Positions 1 to 10,744 of a DNA stretch of 41,051 nt are shown here, in pieces; position 1 is the first letter of the stretch, and the number at the start of each line of letters is the position of its first letter. Where the stretch lies: positions 1-41,051 of IMG/VR virus record IMGVR_UViG_3300030433_001199; one strand, given 5' to 3'. The notes below the pieces were generated by a model. That model was not told the origin of the DNA and did no database searches. It saw only the letters and a list, made by a program, of their open reading frames with translations. The DNA comes from a virus (taxonomy: Duplodnaviria > Caudoviricetes). The translations under genes were made by a program, and so were the position numbers.

Positions 1-3000
1 ACTTCTTCGCTGTATTGGAAAGATGCATATATAGATTCAATTACTACCACAGGTAATGTTTCAGTTGGTGGTAATCTTACAGTTACAGGTACGACTACGT
101 TTAATGGTGGTACACTTACATTGGGTGATGCGGCAGACGATAACGTAGTCTTTGGTGCTGATGTCAACTCAAACATTATTCCTAATACAGACAACGCATA
201 CGACTTAGGAAGTTCTTCACAAGAATGGAAAGATTTATATGTCGATGGTATTGCATACTTAGACGGTATTAACTTCAACGGTACAGCAATTACAGCAACT
301 GCTGCTGAAATTAATATTATGGATGGTGTCACAGCGACTGCTGCTGAGATCAATGCACTTGACGGAATTACAGCTACTGTTGCAGAATTAAATATATTAG
401 ACGGAGTAACCTCTACAGCAGCCGAAATAAATTTATTAGACGGTGTAACTTCTACAACTGCTGAACTCAATATATTAGATGGTGTAACAGCTACTGCTGC
501 TGAAATCAATTTATTAGATGGAGTTACTTCAACAACTGCTGAACTTAATATTTTAGATGGTGTAACTTCAACAGCTACAGAACTTAACATTGTTGATGGT
601 AATACATCAGCTACTTCAACAACTTTAGCAGATGCTGACAGAGTTGTTGTTAATGATAACGGTACTATGGTTCAAGTAGCATTAACAGACTTTGAAACTT
701 ATTTTGAGTCCGCACTTGATACACTAAGTAATGTTACAACAGTAGGAGCATTAAATTCAGGTAGTATTACTTCAGGTTTTGGTTCGATTGATAATGGTTC
801 ATCAGCTATTACTACAACAGGCACAGTAACCTATGGTAGTTTGTCTGATGGTTCTATAACAATCACAGCTTTTGTAGACGAAGATGATATGTCTTCAGAT
901 AGTGCTACACTTGTGCCAACTCAACAATCTGTTAAGGCTTATGTAGACAGCCAAGTTACAGCACAAGATTTAGATGCCACAACAGACAGTGGTACTATTG
1001 ATATTGATTTAGACAGCGAAACTTTAACAATTGCTGGCGGAGAAGGTATTGATACTTCTGCTTCAGGAACTACGATTACTATTACTGGTGAAGAAGCATC
1101 AACATCTAACAAAGGTGTAGCATCTTTTGACTCAAATGACTTTACAGTTTCTAGTGGTGCTGTAAGTCTAGCTACAACTTCTACTGCTGCAGAGCTTAAT
1201 ATCCTTGATGGTGTTACAGCTACTACAGCAGAATTAAACATCCTTGATGGAGTTACAAGTACTACAGCCGAATTAAACATCTTAGATGGTGTTACAAGTA
1301 CTGCAGCAGAACTAAATATCCTAGATGGAGCAACAGTTGTTGTTGGTGAAATAAATGCGTTAGATTTAGGCTCAACGGCTGTCGGTACAGCAATAGCCTC
1401 TAAAGCAGTTATACTTGATTCCAATAAAGATTACACAGGTATAAGAAACTTAACCATTACAGGTGAGTTAGATGCAGCCACATTAGATATAAGTGGTGAC
1501 GTAGATATTGATGGAACACTAGAAACAGACAACCTAACAGTTGGTGGCGCACAAGGCTCTGATGGACAAGTACTGACTTCAACAGGAAGTGGAGTAGCTT
1601 GGGAAACTCCTGCTAGTGGTGGAGCTAATGCAATAAACGATTTATCAGATGCTAAAACTTTTGGTACTTCTTCAATTATGATTGGAGATGCTACTACAGG
1701 AACAATAGATGCTGCAAATTATAATACAGGTGTAGGTGTTGATGTTTTTGAAGCCTTGACAACTGGTGATAATAATACAGCCATAGGTTTTGCTGCTTTA
1801 ACAGCGAACACCACAGCCAACAACAATACAGCAGTTGGTAGTTCGGCTTTAGCAGCAGCTACCACAGGACACAGTAATACTGCTATGGGTAAAAATGCAG
1901 GAATAGCACTTACAACTGGCGATAAAAACATAGCTATTGGTTCTGATGCTTTAGAAGCTCAAACAACAGCAGATAACAACACTGCTGTAGGCACAAGTGC
2001 TTTAAATGCCAACACCACAGGTGATGAAAGTGTTGCGATTGGAATGGAGGCAGCAAAAGTAAACACAACTGGAAGTCAATTAGTTGCTGTAGGTAAAGGT
2101 GCTTTGTACTCAAACACAACTGCTTCTGCAAACACAGCACTTGGACACCAGTCTCTTTATTACAACACCACTGGAGCAGATAACACGGCAGTCGGAAAAG
2201 AAGCCCTTAAAGCAAACACTACAGGAGCATTTAATACAGCAGTCGGTGCTAGGTCACTTGATGCTAATACCACAGGTGCTGGAAATACAGCAGTGGGTGA
2301 AGATTCATTATCTGCTAATACCACTGCTAATGATAATACAGCAATCGGACAAAATGCATTGAAAGTTAACACAACTGGAACTCAAAACGTAGCCGTTGGT
2401 CAAGGTGCTTTAGACGCAAATACGACTGCGGATAACAACACTGCAATCGGTTTTGAGTCTTTAACAACAAATACTACAGGCACAGCAAATACTGGTGTGG
2501 GTCGTACTTCACTAAATGCAAATAGCACAGGTAATAACAATACTGCGGTTGGAATGGGGTCAATAGAGTCTAATAGCACAGGAAATGACAACACGGCAGT
2601 TGGTAAAGATGCTTTACAGTCAAGCACCACAGCATCAGACAACACTGCTATTGGCTCACAAGCTGGCGATGCTATAACCACAGGTGCATCAAATACTTTA
2701 TTAGGTAGAAATGCTGGTGGCGCAATAACTACAGGAAATAATAATGTTTTCATTGGTGATACTGCTGGTGATGCAGGTACAACTATAGGTAATATGGTTG
2801 GTATTGGTTATGGCGCATTAACAGCCAATACAGGCGAAGGAAACCATACAGCAATTGGTATGCAATCATTAACAGCCAATACTACAGGAAACAACAATAC
2901 AGGTGTTGGTCATAAAACTTTGTTTAGCAACACCACAGGCGGTAGTCACACAGCAGTTGGGGATAACGCATTGTATTGGAACACAACAGGAGGAAGTTGT

Positions 3001-4212
3001 ACGGCAGTTGGAAGGTCTGCACTTCTTAAAAATACAACTGGAAACCACAATGTTGCGGTAGGTACATTTACTGGACAACAAAACACCACTGGATCAGAAA
3101 ACACGTCTATAGGATATTCAGCACTGAATTTAAACACTACAGGAAATTATAACACTGCTGTAGGGTTTGGCTCTCTTGATGCCAATACGACTGCTAATAG
3201 TAACACAGGCGTTGGCTATGCTTCTTTAGGAGCAAACACCACAGGTACAGAAAACGTTGCTGTTGGCGGAAACTCTTTAGACTCTAATACCACAGGCTCG
3301 TACAATACGGCAGTTGGATACGATGCTTTACAAGCAAACACCACAGGTTCCCCAAATGTAGCTATAGGTGCTTATTGTCTTGATGCAAACACAACTGGCA
3401 CAGGACACGTAGCTGTAGGAGCAAATGCTTTAGGAGCGTGTACCACAGGAACGCAAAATACAGCAGTGGGTGAAAAAGCACTTTTATCGTGTACCACAGG
3501 TGAATCAAACACTGCTGTTGGAAATGTTACATTTGATGCTATAACTACAGGTAATAATAACACCGCAATAGGAAAAAATGCTGGTGGCTTGCTTACAACA
3601 GGAAATCAAAACACAATGATTGGTCAAAATTCTGGAGATAGGCTTGTAGATGGTTCTTACAATGTTTGTGTAGGCGGAGAAGCAGATACAAGTCAAACTG
3701 ATTCAGAAGGTGAAATTGTTATTGGTCGTACTGTAGCTGGAGGCGGTAATAATACAGTTAGATTTGGTCAAGCCACAGGTAAAGCAACACTCTCTTTAGA
3801 TGGTTCAGATACCTCTTGGGCAGCAACATCGGATGTTCGTTTAAAAGAAAACATAAAAGATTCAAGTGCTGGACTTGCTTTTATTAATGATTTAAGACCA
3901 ATAACTTATAATTGGAGAGCTAAAAAAGATGTACCACAAGATATGTCTCAATATGAGAAAGACTCTGAAAAACCAGCCAACGGTACAATCTATGGTCAAC
4001 AAAATCACGGATTTATTGCACAAGAAGTCAAAGAAGCGATAGATAAGCATTCTGACTCTGTTGTAGAGAATCATCATATTTGGAGTGTAGACCCTGACGG
4101 AACACAACAAATAGCTTTTGGTAATATGATGCCAATGGCTATTAAAGCAATCCAAGAACTCTCAGCACAAGTTGAGGAATTAAAACAACAATTAAATAAT
4201 AACGAGGAATAA
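1..4212 (+). CDS. Tail fibre/spike protein with C-terminal Peptidase S74 intramolecular chaperone (5'-truncated)
   Basis: Frame is open from base 1. It contains 13-aa ELNILDGV repeats, a long run of 14-aa NTAVG beta-roll repeats, and the S74 motifs SDVRLKENI and HGFIAQEV followed by a terminal coiled coil. Confidence 0.9.
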   Translation, partial: TSSLYWKDAYIDSITTTGNVSVGGNLTVTGTTTFNGGTLTLGDAADDNVVFGADVNSNIIPNTDNAYDLGSSSQEWKDLYVDGIAYLDGINFNGTAITATAAEINIMDGVTATAAEINALDGITATVAELNILDGVTSTAAEINLLDGVTSTTAELNILDGVTATAAEINLLDGVTSTTAELNILDGVTSTATELNIVDGNTSATSTTLADADRVVVNDNGTMVQVALTDFETYFESALDTLSNVTTVGALNSGSITSGFGSIDNGSSAITTTGTVTYGSLSDGSITITAFVDEDDMSSDSATLVPTQQSVKAYVDSQVTAQDLDATTDSGTIDIDLDSETLTIAGGEGIDTSASGTTITITGEEASTSNKGVASFDSNDFTVSSGAVSLATTSTAAELNILDGVTATTAELNILDGVTSTTAELNILDGVTSTAAELNILDGATVVVGEINALDLGSTAVGTAIASKAVILDSNKDYTGIRNLTITGELDAATLDISGDVDIDGTLETDNLTVGGAQGSDGQVLTSTGSGVAWETPASGGANAINDLSDAKTFGTSSIMIGDATTGTIDAANYNTGVGVDVFEALTTGDNNTAIGFAALTANTTANNNTAVGSSALAAATTGHSNTAMGKNAGIALTTGDKNIAIGSDALEAQTTADNNTAVGTSALNANTTGDESVAIGMEAAKVNTTGSQLVAVGKGALYSNTTASANTALGHQSLYYNTTGADNTAVGKEALKANTTGAFNTAVGARSLDANTTGAGNTAVGEDSLSANTTANDNTAIGQNALKVNTTGTQNVAVGQGALDANTTADNNTAIGFESLTTNTTGTANTGVGRTSLNANSTGNNNTAVGMGSIESNSTGNDNTAVGKDALQSSTTASDNTAIGSQAGDAITTGASNTLLGRNAGGAITTGNNNVFIGDTAGDAGTTIGNMVGIGYGALTANTGEGNHTAIGMQSLTANTTGNNNTGVGHKTLFSNTTGGSHTAVGDNALYWNTTGGSCTAVGRSALLKNTTGNHNVAVGTFTGQQNTTGSENTSIGYSALNLNTTGNYNTAVGFGSLDANTTANSNTGVGYASLGANTTGTENVAVGGNSLDSNTTGSYNTAVGYDALQANTTGSPNVAIGAYCLDANTTGTGHVAVGANALGACTTGTQNTAVGEKALLSCTTGESNTAVGNVTFDAITTGNNNTAIGKNAGGLLTTGNQNTMIGQNSGDRLVDGSYNVCVGGEADTSQTDSEGEIVIGRTVAGGGNNTVRFGQATGKATLSLDGSDTSWAATSDVRLKENIKDSSAGLAFINDLRPITYNWRAKKDVPQDMSQYEKDSEKPANGTIYGQQNHGFIAQEVKEAIDKHSDSVVENHHIWSVDPDGTQQIAFGNMMPMAIKAIQELSAQVEELKQQLNNNEE
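292..603 (+). repeat. 8 tandem 39-bp coding repeats (TSTAAELNILDGV-type)
   Basis: Read directly from the translation and DNA. Confidence 0.9.
1177..1371 (+). repeat. 5 tandem 39-bp coding repeats of the same type (last one degenerate)
   Basis: Read directly from the translation. Confidence 0.85.
1717..3690 (+). repeat. Degenerate ~14-aa coding repeats (NTTGxxNTAVGxxAL), YadA-head-like beta-roll
   Basis: NTA(V/I)G recurs with a period of about 42 bp. Confidence 0.85.
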
Positions 4213-4215
4213 AAA

Positions 4216-4497
4216 ATGGCACAGACAGTAAGTGAAGTCTTAACAGCAGCTACAGACAGCGTAACTTTGATTAATGCAATTAATGCAGATGCTTCTGCGG
4301 TAGATGCAGTCGAAGGAATGACTCAAGCTGAAATAAACGAAGTGGTACAACGTAACGTAGACCACATCGAAATCATTCTAGCTTATGCACCTGTTGATTC
4401 AGACGATGATACACCTGACGTTGTTGGTGATAGCTCAGACAAGTCAAGCTACACAGATGCAGTAACAACTGGAAAAGCTTATATTGCAGCGAATTAA
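4216..4497 (+). CDS. Small acidic protein, possible tail-fibre accessory
   Basis: 93-aa ORF with GAGG RBS, immediately after the fibre gene. Confidence 0.65.
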   Translation: MAQTVSEVLTAATDSVTLINAINADASAVDAVEGMTQAEINEVVQRNVDHIEIILAYAPVDSDDDTPDVVGDSSDKSSYTDAVTTGKAYIAAN

Positions 4498-4502
4498 TAG
4501 TT

Positions 4503-4754
4503 GTGGAACTTTCTAGTTATATGGTTTGGAATGGTATTCTGACTCTAGTAGTCGGACCAGTGCTGTATGCTATTCGTTCTAATACAATAGAACTAAAGCG
4601 TATTGATATTCTTATTAACCGTACAAGAGAAGAGATGGCTAAAGACTATATATCTCGTGATACGTTTGAACGTGATATGAATAAGATAATGAAAGGTTTA
4701 GAAAAGCTAGAACAAAAGATTGACAGACTTGTAGAACAAGAAGGAAATAGATAG
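4503..4754 (+). CDS. Small membrane-anchored coiled-coil protein
   Basis: N-terminal hydrophobic helix followed by a heptad-rich segment; GTG start. Confidence 0.6.
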   Translation: MELSSYMVWNGILTLVVGPVLYAIRSNTIELKRIDILINRTREEMAKDYISRDTFERDMNKIMKGLEKLEQKIDRLVEQEGNR

Positions 4755-4756
4755 AA

Positions 4757-7396
4757 ATGGCAAACAAAAGAAAAAGATATAATAAAGGTAAACGAGTAGA
4801 TATGCGACAAGGCGGTAGAGTTGCTTTGGCTAAAGGTAATCAACCTGAAGCAGAAGAAGGAATTTTTGGTAACCTCAAGAAAGCAGCACAAACTCTTAAA
4901 AAAGAAAAACCACCTATGATATATTCAACTCCTGTTGATCTTACTGATCCAAGACCTATTCCTACAAGTGATGATGCACCAAGAGGCGGTAAAGTAGTAG
5001 GAGGACCGAGAACTCCTGAAGAACTAAAACAACAAGAACAATTAGGCTATGTTGCAGGTCGTACTCCGACAACTTCTATACCTCAAGTTCAAGCTGGTAA
5101 CATTTTTCCAAAAGTACAGCAAGACTTACGAGAAAAAGTACAAGAACAAATTCAAACAGATCGTGAAGATACAATGACAGATGCTCAAAGAGAAGCAGCT
5201 GAACGAGCCTTACAAGCTGCACAAGGCAGAGGTCCGGGAGGTCAAGGAGGTCCTTGGTGGAGAAGAGCAGGTTTTAATTCAAGACAAGAAGCACTTACAG
5301 CAGGTTATGATCCTGATACAGGACAACAAACAGCTACAGCTACAGCTACAGAAACTACAACAGGAGCTAGACCCGGAACAGAATCTCCAACATATGCAAA
5401 CCTTACAGAAGAGCAACAACAAGCAGCAAGACAAAGAGTACAAGATGCTGCAGAAGGTGTGGTTCCTGAAGCTGCTATAATTCCAGAAGCTGTTCAAGTT
5501 GATACTGGTGTTTATACAGAAGAACAATTAAGACCTTGGCAAAAAGGAGGTATTGGAGGAACAGTTTTAAAAAATGATGCAGGATATACTGCTAAACAAA
5601 TAGCAGAAGGGATGACTACAGATGATCCTGCTTTTGCAAACTATACAATGAGTGATGTAGTAAAATTAATGCAAGAAGAACTAAAACTTATAGGACAACC
5701 TGATCCTAATTCTCCAATGGCTGCAGACACAATAAAAATGGAAGATGTTGCAGATGTAAAAGCAGAAACAATTGAAATGCCTTCTCAAGAACAAGTAGCT
5801 ACAGGAGTATCTACAAAAGCTAGACAACAACAAGTAGGTGATGCTGCTCAAATGGAAGCTGCTCAAGTTACTGAAGCACCTGTAATAGATGCTCAAACTG
5901 GCCAAGTTAGTCCTGAAGCTATTGCAGAAATGCAAAATGCTACATTAACTATGGCTGCTGAAGGTGTGACTGTTGATCAAACACAGGCATCTCAAGCTTT
6001 GGCAGAAAATGTTGTAGGTACGTTAAGTCCTGAAGCAAAAGCAGAAGCTGCAAAAGTAGCAGGTACAGATTTACCAAGAGTTTTAAGAGCTAAAAAACAA
6101 CTACGAAGATCAGGATTAACTGAAGAACAGATTAATCTTATAGGTAATGATCCTGAAGCTTTAGAAGATGAATTAATGGATTATACTGAAGAACAAAGAG
6201 GAATGATCGCAGGTCTTCCTGAAGAAGCTTTGGTATCGACACAATTAAATGCTTTATTAGAAGGTGTAGAAAACGGAGAGATTCCTGCTTTTGCTAGACC
6301 TGCAATGGCAGCAGTTGAACAAATGTTGGCACAAAGAGGAATGTCAGCTTCAACAGTTGGTAGGGATGCTTTAATAAATGCAATGATACAAAGTGCTATT
6401 CCGTTAGCGCAGAGCAATGCGCAATCTATAAAAGAAAGCGTAATGCAACAAAGAACCATTGAAGCTCAAGCAGAACAAGTTAATGCTCAAATGAGACAAC
6501 AGACAGCGCTTGCCAATGCTGACAAGGTTTTCAATATGGATATGGCTAACTTTACTGCTGAACAACAAACAGCATTAGGCAATAGTAAGTTTTTACAAAC
6601 TGTAGCATTAACAGATACAAGTAACGAACAGAATGCAGTATTAACAAACGCTGCTAATATGGCTAAACTAGACTTAGCAGAGCTTGATGCGAATACAAGA
6701 TTACAAGCTCAGAATGCTCAGACATTTTTACAAATGGATATGGCAAACTTAAACAATAGACAACAAGCAGAAATTATCAGCGCACAACAAGAACAGCAAA
6801 GATTGTTAAGTAATCAAGCTGCTGAAAATGCTGCTAGAAATGCTAATATGGCTTCACAAAATCAAAGAGATCAATTTGTTGCAAGCCTAGCACAACAAGT
6901 AGAAATGAACAATGCTGCACGTAACGATGCAATGTCTACATTTAACGCAAGCCAAGCAAATGCAGCAGAAGCAAGAAGAGTAGGTATTGAAGCAGATATA
7001 AACAAAGCAAATGCTGCAATGGTTAATGACATTAATAAAATGAATGCTCAGATGGATTTTAATAGACAACAATGGAATGCTGCAAATGCACAAGCTGTAG
7101 AGATGTCAAATGTAGAATGGAGAAGAAAAGCAAACCTTGCAAACACGGCTGCTCAGAACGAAGTTAATGCTAGGAATGCACAGAATGCTTTTGGTCTTTC
7201 TAGCCAAGCAATGAGCTTTATGTGGCAAGAACTACGAGATCAAGCTGAGTTTGATTTTAAATGGGCTGACAATGAAGCAACACGTAAGACTCAGTTACTT
7301 GCTACAGCAATTGCAAATGAAGGTGAAGCTGCAAGCAAATGGTCAACGAATTTAACATCTATAACAAATATTATAGATAGAGTTTTTGGAGGATAA
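4757..7396 (+). CDS. Putative internal virion (ejection) protein, Q/N/A-rich helical
   Basis: 879 aa with a long Q/N/A-rich helical C-terminal half, located after tail genes as in podoviruses; N-terminal MRQGG motif. Confidence 0.7.
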   Translation: MANKRKRYNKGKRVDMRQGGRVALAKGNQPEAEEGIFGNLKKAAQTLKKEKPPMIYSTPVDLTDPRPIPTSDDAPRGGKVVGGPRTPEELKQQEQLGYVAGRTPTTSIPQVQAGNIFPKVQQDLREKVQEQIQTDREDTMTDAQREAAERALQAAQGRGPGGQGGPWWRRAGFNSRQEALTAGYDPDTGQQTATATATETTTGARPGTESPTYANLTEEQQQAARQRVQDAAEGVVPEAAIIPEAVQVDTGVYTEEQLRPWQKGGIGGTVLKNDAGYTAKQIAEGMTTDDPAFANYTMSDVVKLMQEELKLIGQPDPNSPMAADTIKMEDVADVKAETIEMPSQEQVATGVSTKARQQQVGDAAQMEAAQVTEAPVIDAQTGQVSPEAIAEMQNATLTMAAEGVTVDQTQASQALAENVVGTLSPEAKAEAAKVAGTDLPRVLRAKKQLRRSGLTEEQINLIGNDPEALEDELMDYTEEQRGMIAGLPEEALVSTQLNALLEGVENGEIPAFARPAMAAVEQMLAQRGMSASTVGRDALINAMIQSAIPLAQSNAQSIKESVMQQRTIEAQAEQVNAQMRQQTALANADKVFNMDMANFTAEQQTALGNSKFLQTVALTDTSNEQNAVLTNAANMAKLDLAELDANTRLQAQNAQTFLQMDMANLNNRQQAEIISAQQEQQRLLSNQAAENAARNANMASQNQRDQFVASLAQQVEMNNAARNDAMSTFNASQANAAEARRVGIEADINKANAAMVNDINKMNAQMDFNRQQWNAANAQAVEMSNVEWRRKANLANTAAQNEVNARNAQNAFGLSSQAMSFMWQELRDQAEFDFKWADNEATRKTQLLATAIANEGEAASKWSTNLTSITNIIDRVFGG

Positions 7397-7401
7397 TATA
7401 A

Positions 7402-8400
7402 ATGGGAATATTAAGTAAAATATTTAAACCTATAAAGAAAGTAGTTAAGAAAGTAGGTAAATTTATTAAAAGACTTGCTAAGAAAGTTGGTGGAGCTTTT
7501 GGCAAACTTGGAATACTTGGCCATATTGGAATGATGTTTTTAATGCCTTATGCTAGTTCCTTTTGGGGTAGTTTAGGAAAGTTTGGAACAAAACTTGTAC
7601 AAGGAACAAGTCTTGCAGGTAAAGGTTTTGGTCATCTAATGAGAGGTATATATCACGCAGGTAAAGCTGTAGGTACTGTTTATCGTGGAGTTACTGAAGC
7701 CGTTGAAGGATCTTTAAAGTGGTTAAGTAATAAAGTGGGATTGACTGATATTGCTGATCCTTTTTCAGGATTAAAAACTGTTGTTCAAGATGCGCAAAAT
7801 TGGGGAAGAGCAGGATGGAAAGGAACTAGAATACACGAAATTTCTACTGCTGGATTACCTCAAAAAAGATTGTTACCTGATGGAACTGTTGCACGTTCAG
7901 CGACACCTGCTGAACTAAGAAACGAAATACCTACTGTTCAAGGAGGAAATGTAGCTATGATGGGTGATCCAAATGTAGGAAGTTACGATACAACTACAGG
8001 TCCTACTATAGATACTGTAAAAGATGTAGCTACTCCTCCTGATCAAGAAGGTCAAAGTCTTTTAGGTAAATTAGGAGAAGAAGCAAAAGAAAAATTTAGA
8101 GAGACCATTGTAGATGCTCCTAGTATGGTTGCTAGAGACGTACTTAAAACAGGAGTTCAAAAAAGTATTATGGGAACTCCTCAAACAAGTTATGGTGGAA
8201 GTGTTTCATTTACTATGGCAGGAACAGGTGATATATTATCGTATAACGACATAGGATCAGATCCTAACAATTTATATTCACAAGGTTATAATGTTGGATC
8301 ACCTTTTATGCAAGCTTTTGGAACTCAATATAATTACAACGATGGTTGGGATGAATATATGGAAATGCTTGCACCATCAGGTAATTATAGTTACAAATAA
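7402..8400 (+). CDS. Putative ejection protein with cationic amphipathic N-terminus
   Basis: MGILSKIFKPIKKVVKKVGKFIKRLAKK followed by Gly-rich hydrophobic helices. Confidence 0.65.
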   Translation: MGILSKIFKPIKKVVKKVGKFIKRLAKKVGGAFGKLGILGHIGMMFLMPYASSFWGSLGKFGTKLVQGTSLAGKGFGHLMRGIYHAGKAVGTVYRGVTEAVEGSLKWLSNKVGLTDIADPFSGLKTVVQDAQNWGRAGWKGTRIHEISTAGLPQKRLLPDGTVARSATPAELRNEIPTVQGGNVAMMGDPNVGSYDTTTGPTIDTVKDVATPPDQEGQSLLGKLGEEAKEKFRETIVDAPSMVARDVLKTGVQKSIMGTPQTSYGGSVSFTMAGTGDILSYNDIGSDPNNLYSQGYNVGSPFMQAFGTQYNYNDGWDEYMEMLAPSGNYSYK

Positions 8401-8426
8401 AAAAATATAGTAAAAGGTTTTAAATT

Positions 8427-9035
8427 ATGGCAATAGAACAAAACATACAATATGAAGAAGAAGGACTAGAAGCACTAGGTCATATGAATAGACCTATTCC
8501 CGGACAGTCTTTAACATCTAATCCTGATGAACCTTATCCTTGGGAAAGCCCTCCTGAGTTTGTAAGAGTAAATGATGCATTGGATTATATATTAGATTTT
8601 CTTATTGAAGAAGAAAATTATACTTCTATAGTTGGTGCAATAGGAGAAGGAATACCTATTTCAGATGTTGTACAACAAATTATATATATGGGTTTTTCAA
8701 ATGGTAAATGGAATCCTGATATGATGATGTTACTTATTGAACCTTTAATGTATATGATTATGTCTTTATGTGAAAAAGCAGGAGTTCAGTATACTCTTTA
8801 CAGAGGTGAAGAAGAAGACGATAAAGCTGAAGATATTGAAGGAAACCTACAGGAAAAAACAGACGAATTAAAAAGTCTTACAAACTTGATAGAAGAAAAA
8901 GCAAGCGAAGGTAATATCACAAGTGCAAGTGTTCCAAGAGAAATAGCACAAGAAATACAACAGGTAGAAGTTCCTCAAAGTTTAATGGATAGACCTGAAC
9001 AACAAGAAGCACCTGCTAGTTTAATGGCAAGATAA
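8427..9035 (+). CDS. Acidic virion-module protein of unknown function
   Basis: 202-aa ORF in the structural operon (RPIPGQSLT...PWESPP). Confidence 0.7.
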   Translation: MAIEQNIQYEEEGLEALGHMNRPIPGQSLTSNPDEPYPWESPPEFVRVNDALDYILDFLIEEENYTSIVGAIGEGIPISDVVQQIIYMGFSNGKWNPDMMMLLIEPLMYMIMSLCEKAGVQYTLYRGEEEDDKAEDIEGNLQEKTDELKSLTNLIEEKASEGNITSASVPREIAQEIQQVEVPQSLMDRPEQQEAPASLMAR

Positions 9036-9054
9036 AAGATACGGAGAATAATAA

Positions 9055-10728
9055 ATGGCTAACGATATGTTTGATTTTAAAGCACCTAAAGGAAGCGCTG
9101 TTGCTTTTGGACAAGCTTTACTTGGTGATACCAGACAAAGAGCAGATAAAAAAGCAAGAGATATGGATAAGTTTGCTAAGAAAATTATGTTTGCTGATGT
9201 TCTTAGTAGGGGTGTTGAATGGGGTTTAAACAATAAAGTAGAAGAGTTTAATAGATCTCAAGCTCCAGCATTTAATGCATACAATAAACTATTAGAAAGA
9301 AACAATAGTTATATTTTAGAAGAGCAGGATAGAATAAAACAAGGAATATCAGAAGAACAATATCTCGAAAATAAATATAGGCAACAGTTAGTAAAAGGAA
9401 TTAAAGAGCAATATGGAGAAAACGTAAATATGGTTCCTCTTTATTCTTTAGTAAATAAATATGCTAGACAGAAAGCTTTAGACACTGTATCTCAATATAA
9501 AAGTACAATTCAAGCCTCTAAGACTCTTCCTAATTATAAAGACGATGAATTTGAAAAAGTTTATTTAACTTATTCAGACCAACCTCAAAACCCCGGAGAA
9601 CTTATTTTAAATAACATAGTAGACTTTTTTAAGAAAGAAACTCCAGAAAGTCTTATTGAAAAAAACGCAAAGGCTACAGATGCTTTATATGGTACAGAAT
9701 TAGGTAGATCTTTTGAAAATTTTGAAAAACAAGCAGACGCTCTTGAACTTATATCTGAAGGTAGCGGATATGATTTATTTAGCTTAATATCCGAAGCTAA
9801 AAAAGGAAAGTTATTTAAAGGTAATATAATAGACACACAAGTGGTCACAGAAAAAGATTTTAGTGATGATAGACAGACATTTACTGAAACAACACATATT
9901 GTTGGTATCAGTAGAAATTTGGAAACAGGCGGTTTAGAAATTAGACGTGAAAATAAAATAGAAGTTAAAACAGATAGAATTTTAAATGATGGTGAGTTTT
10001 TAAGTGCTAGTGACATAAAAAATGCTTTAGAAGATATAGATAAAAAAAATCCAAAATATTCAGTAGCATTAAAAAAACTAATGGGAGACGACAGACCTAC
10101 TTATAAAACACTTAACGATTTTAGAGTATATGTAGATGAAAATAATTTATGGGCTATAGACTGGAACGATGAAGACAAAATAGCTAACAGTTTTGAAAAA
10201 TATTATTCTGCTGTTATTGCAAACGAAACCTTTATAGATAGTCGTGGTAAAGAAATTCCTATAGGTCAGTGGTCTCCAGACAAAAGAATATGGACATTAA
10301 ATCCAGATGCTTTAGAAGAAGCTAAACAAAGAGGACTTGATCAAGTAACTCAACTAGAAAGATTTAGAAAAAAAGGATTTGATTTAAGTGCTACACAAGA
10401 ATACAATCCAGATACCGAAGAGATGAAAGAATCAGGTAAAAAACCTCTTAGTTCTAAAATTACAAAACCAGAAAATATAAGTAAAATAAAACAATTTATA
10501 GATGGTATAGGAGATGAATCAAGTACCATAGAAGAGTTATTTGGAGAAGCTTTAAATAATCCTGAAAATAAAGATAAAAATTTAATTGTATTAAGCAATA
10601 ATGTTGATGACAATATGTTAGAAGTTTTATTAGAAGAAATGGGAATTGATGAAAGAATATCTGCGACTATGTTAGAAGGTACAACACTTTACTATAATAA
10701 AAAAGACCAAAAGTTTTATTTAGATTAA
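9055..10728 (+). CDS. Putative internal virion protein
   Basis: 557-aa ORF with GGAG RBS, lying between ejection-type genes. Confidence 0.6.
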   Translation: MANDMFDFKAPKGSAVAFGQALLGDTRQRADKKARDMDKFAKKIMFADVLSRGVEWGLNNKVEEFNRSQAPAFNAYNKLLERNNSYILEEQDRIKQGISEEQYLENKYRQQLVKGIKEQYGENVNMVPLYSLVNKYARQKALDTVSQYKSTIQASKTLPNYKDDEFEKVYLTYSDQPQNPGELILNNIVDFFKKETPESLIEKNAKATDALYGTELGRSFENFEKQADALELISEGSGYDLFSLISEAKKGKLFKGNIIDTQVVTEKDFSDDRQTFTETTHIVGISRNLETGGLEIRRENKIEVKTDRILNDGEFLSASDIKNALEDIDKKNPKYSVALKKLMGDDRPTYKTLNDFRVYVDENNLWAIDWNDEDKIANSFEKYYSAVIANETFIDSRGKEIPIGQWSPDKRIWTLNPDALEEAKQRGLDQVTQLERFRKKGFDLSATQEYNPDTEEMKESGKKPLSSKITKPENISKIKQFIDGIGDESSTIEELFGEALNNPENKDKNLIVLSNNVDDNMLEVLLEEMGIDERISATMLEGTTLYYNKKDQKFYLD

Positions 10729-10744
10729 TAAAAGGTTAATTATT

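Noticed and set aside
292-1371. 39-bp periodic repeats as a CRISPR array or DGR template/variable repeats
   Set aside because: In-frame coding repeats with synonymous variation and no unique spacers; no reverse transcriptase or cas operon in the window.
939-4155. Numerous minus-strand and alternate-frame ORFs inside the tail fibre
   Set aside because: Shadow ORFs of a repetitive coding strand; no RBS and no recognisable motifs.
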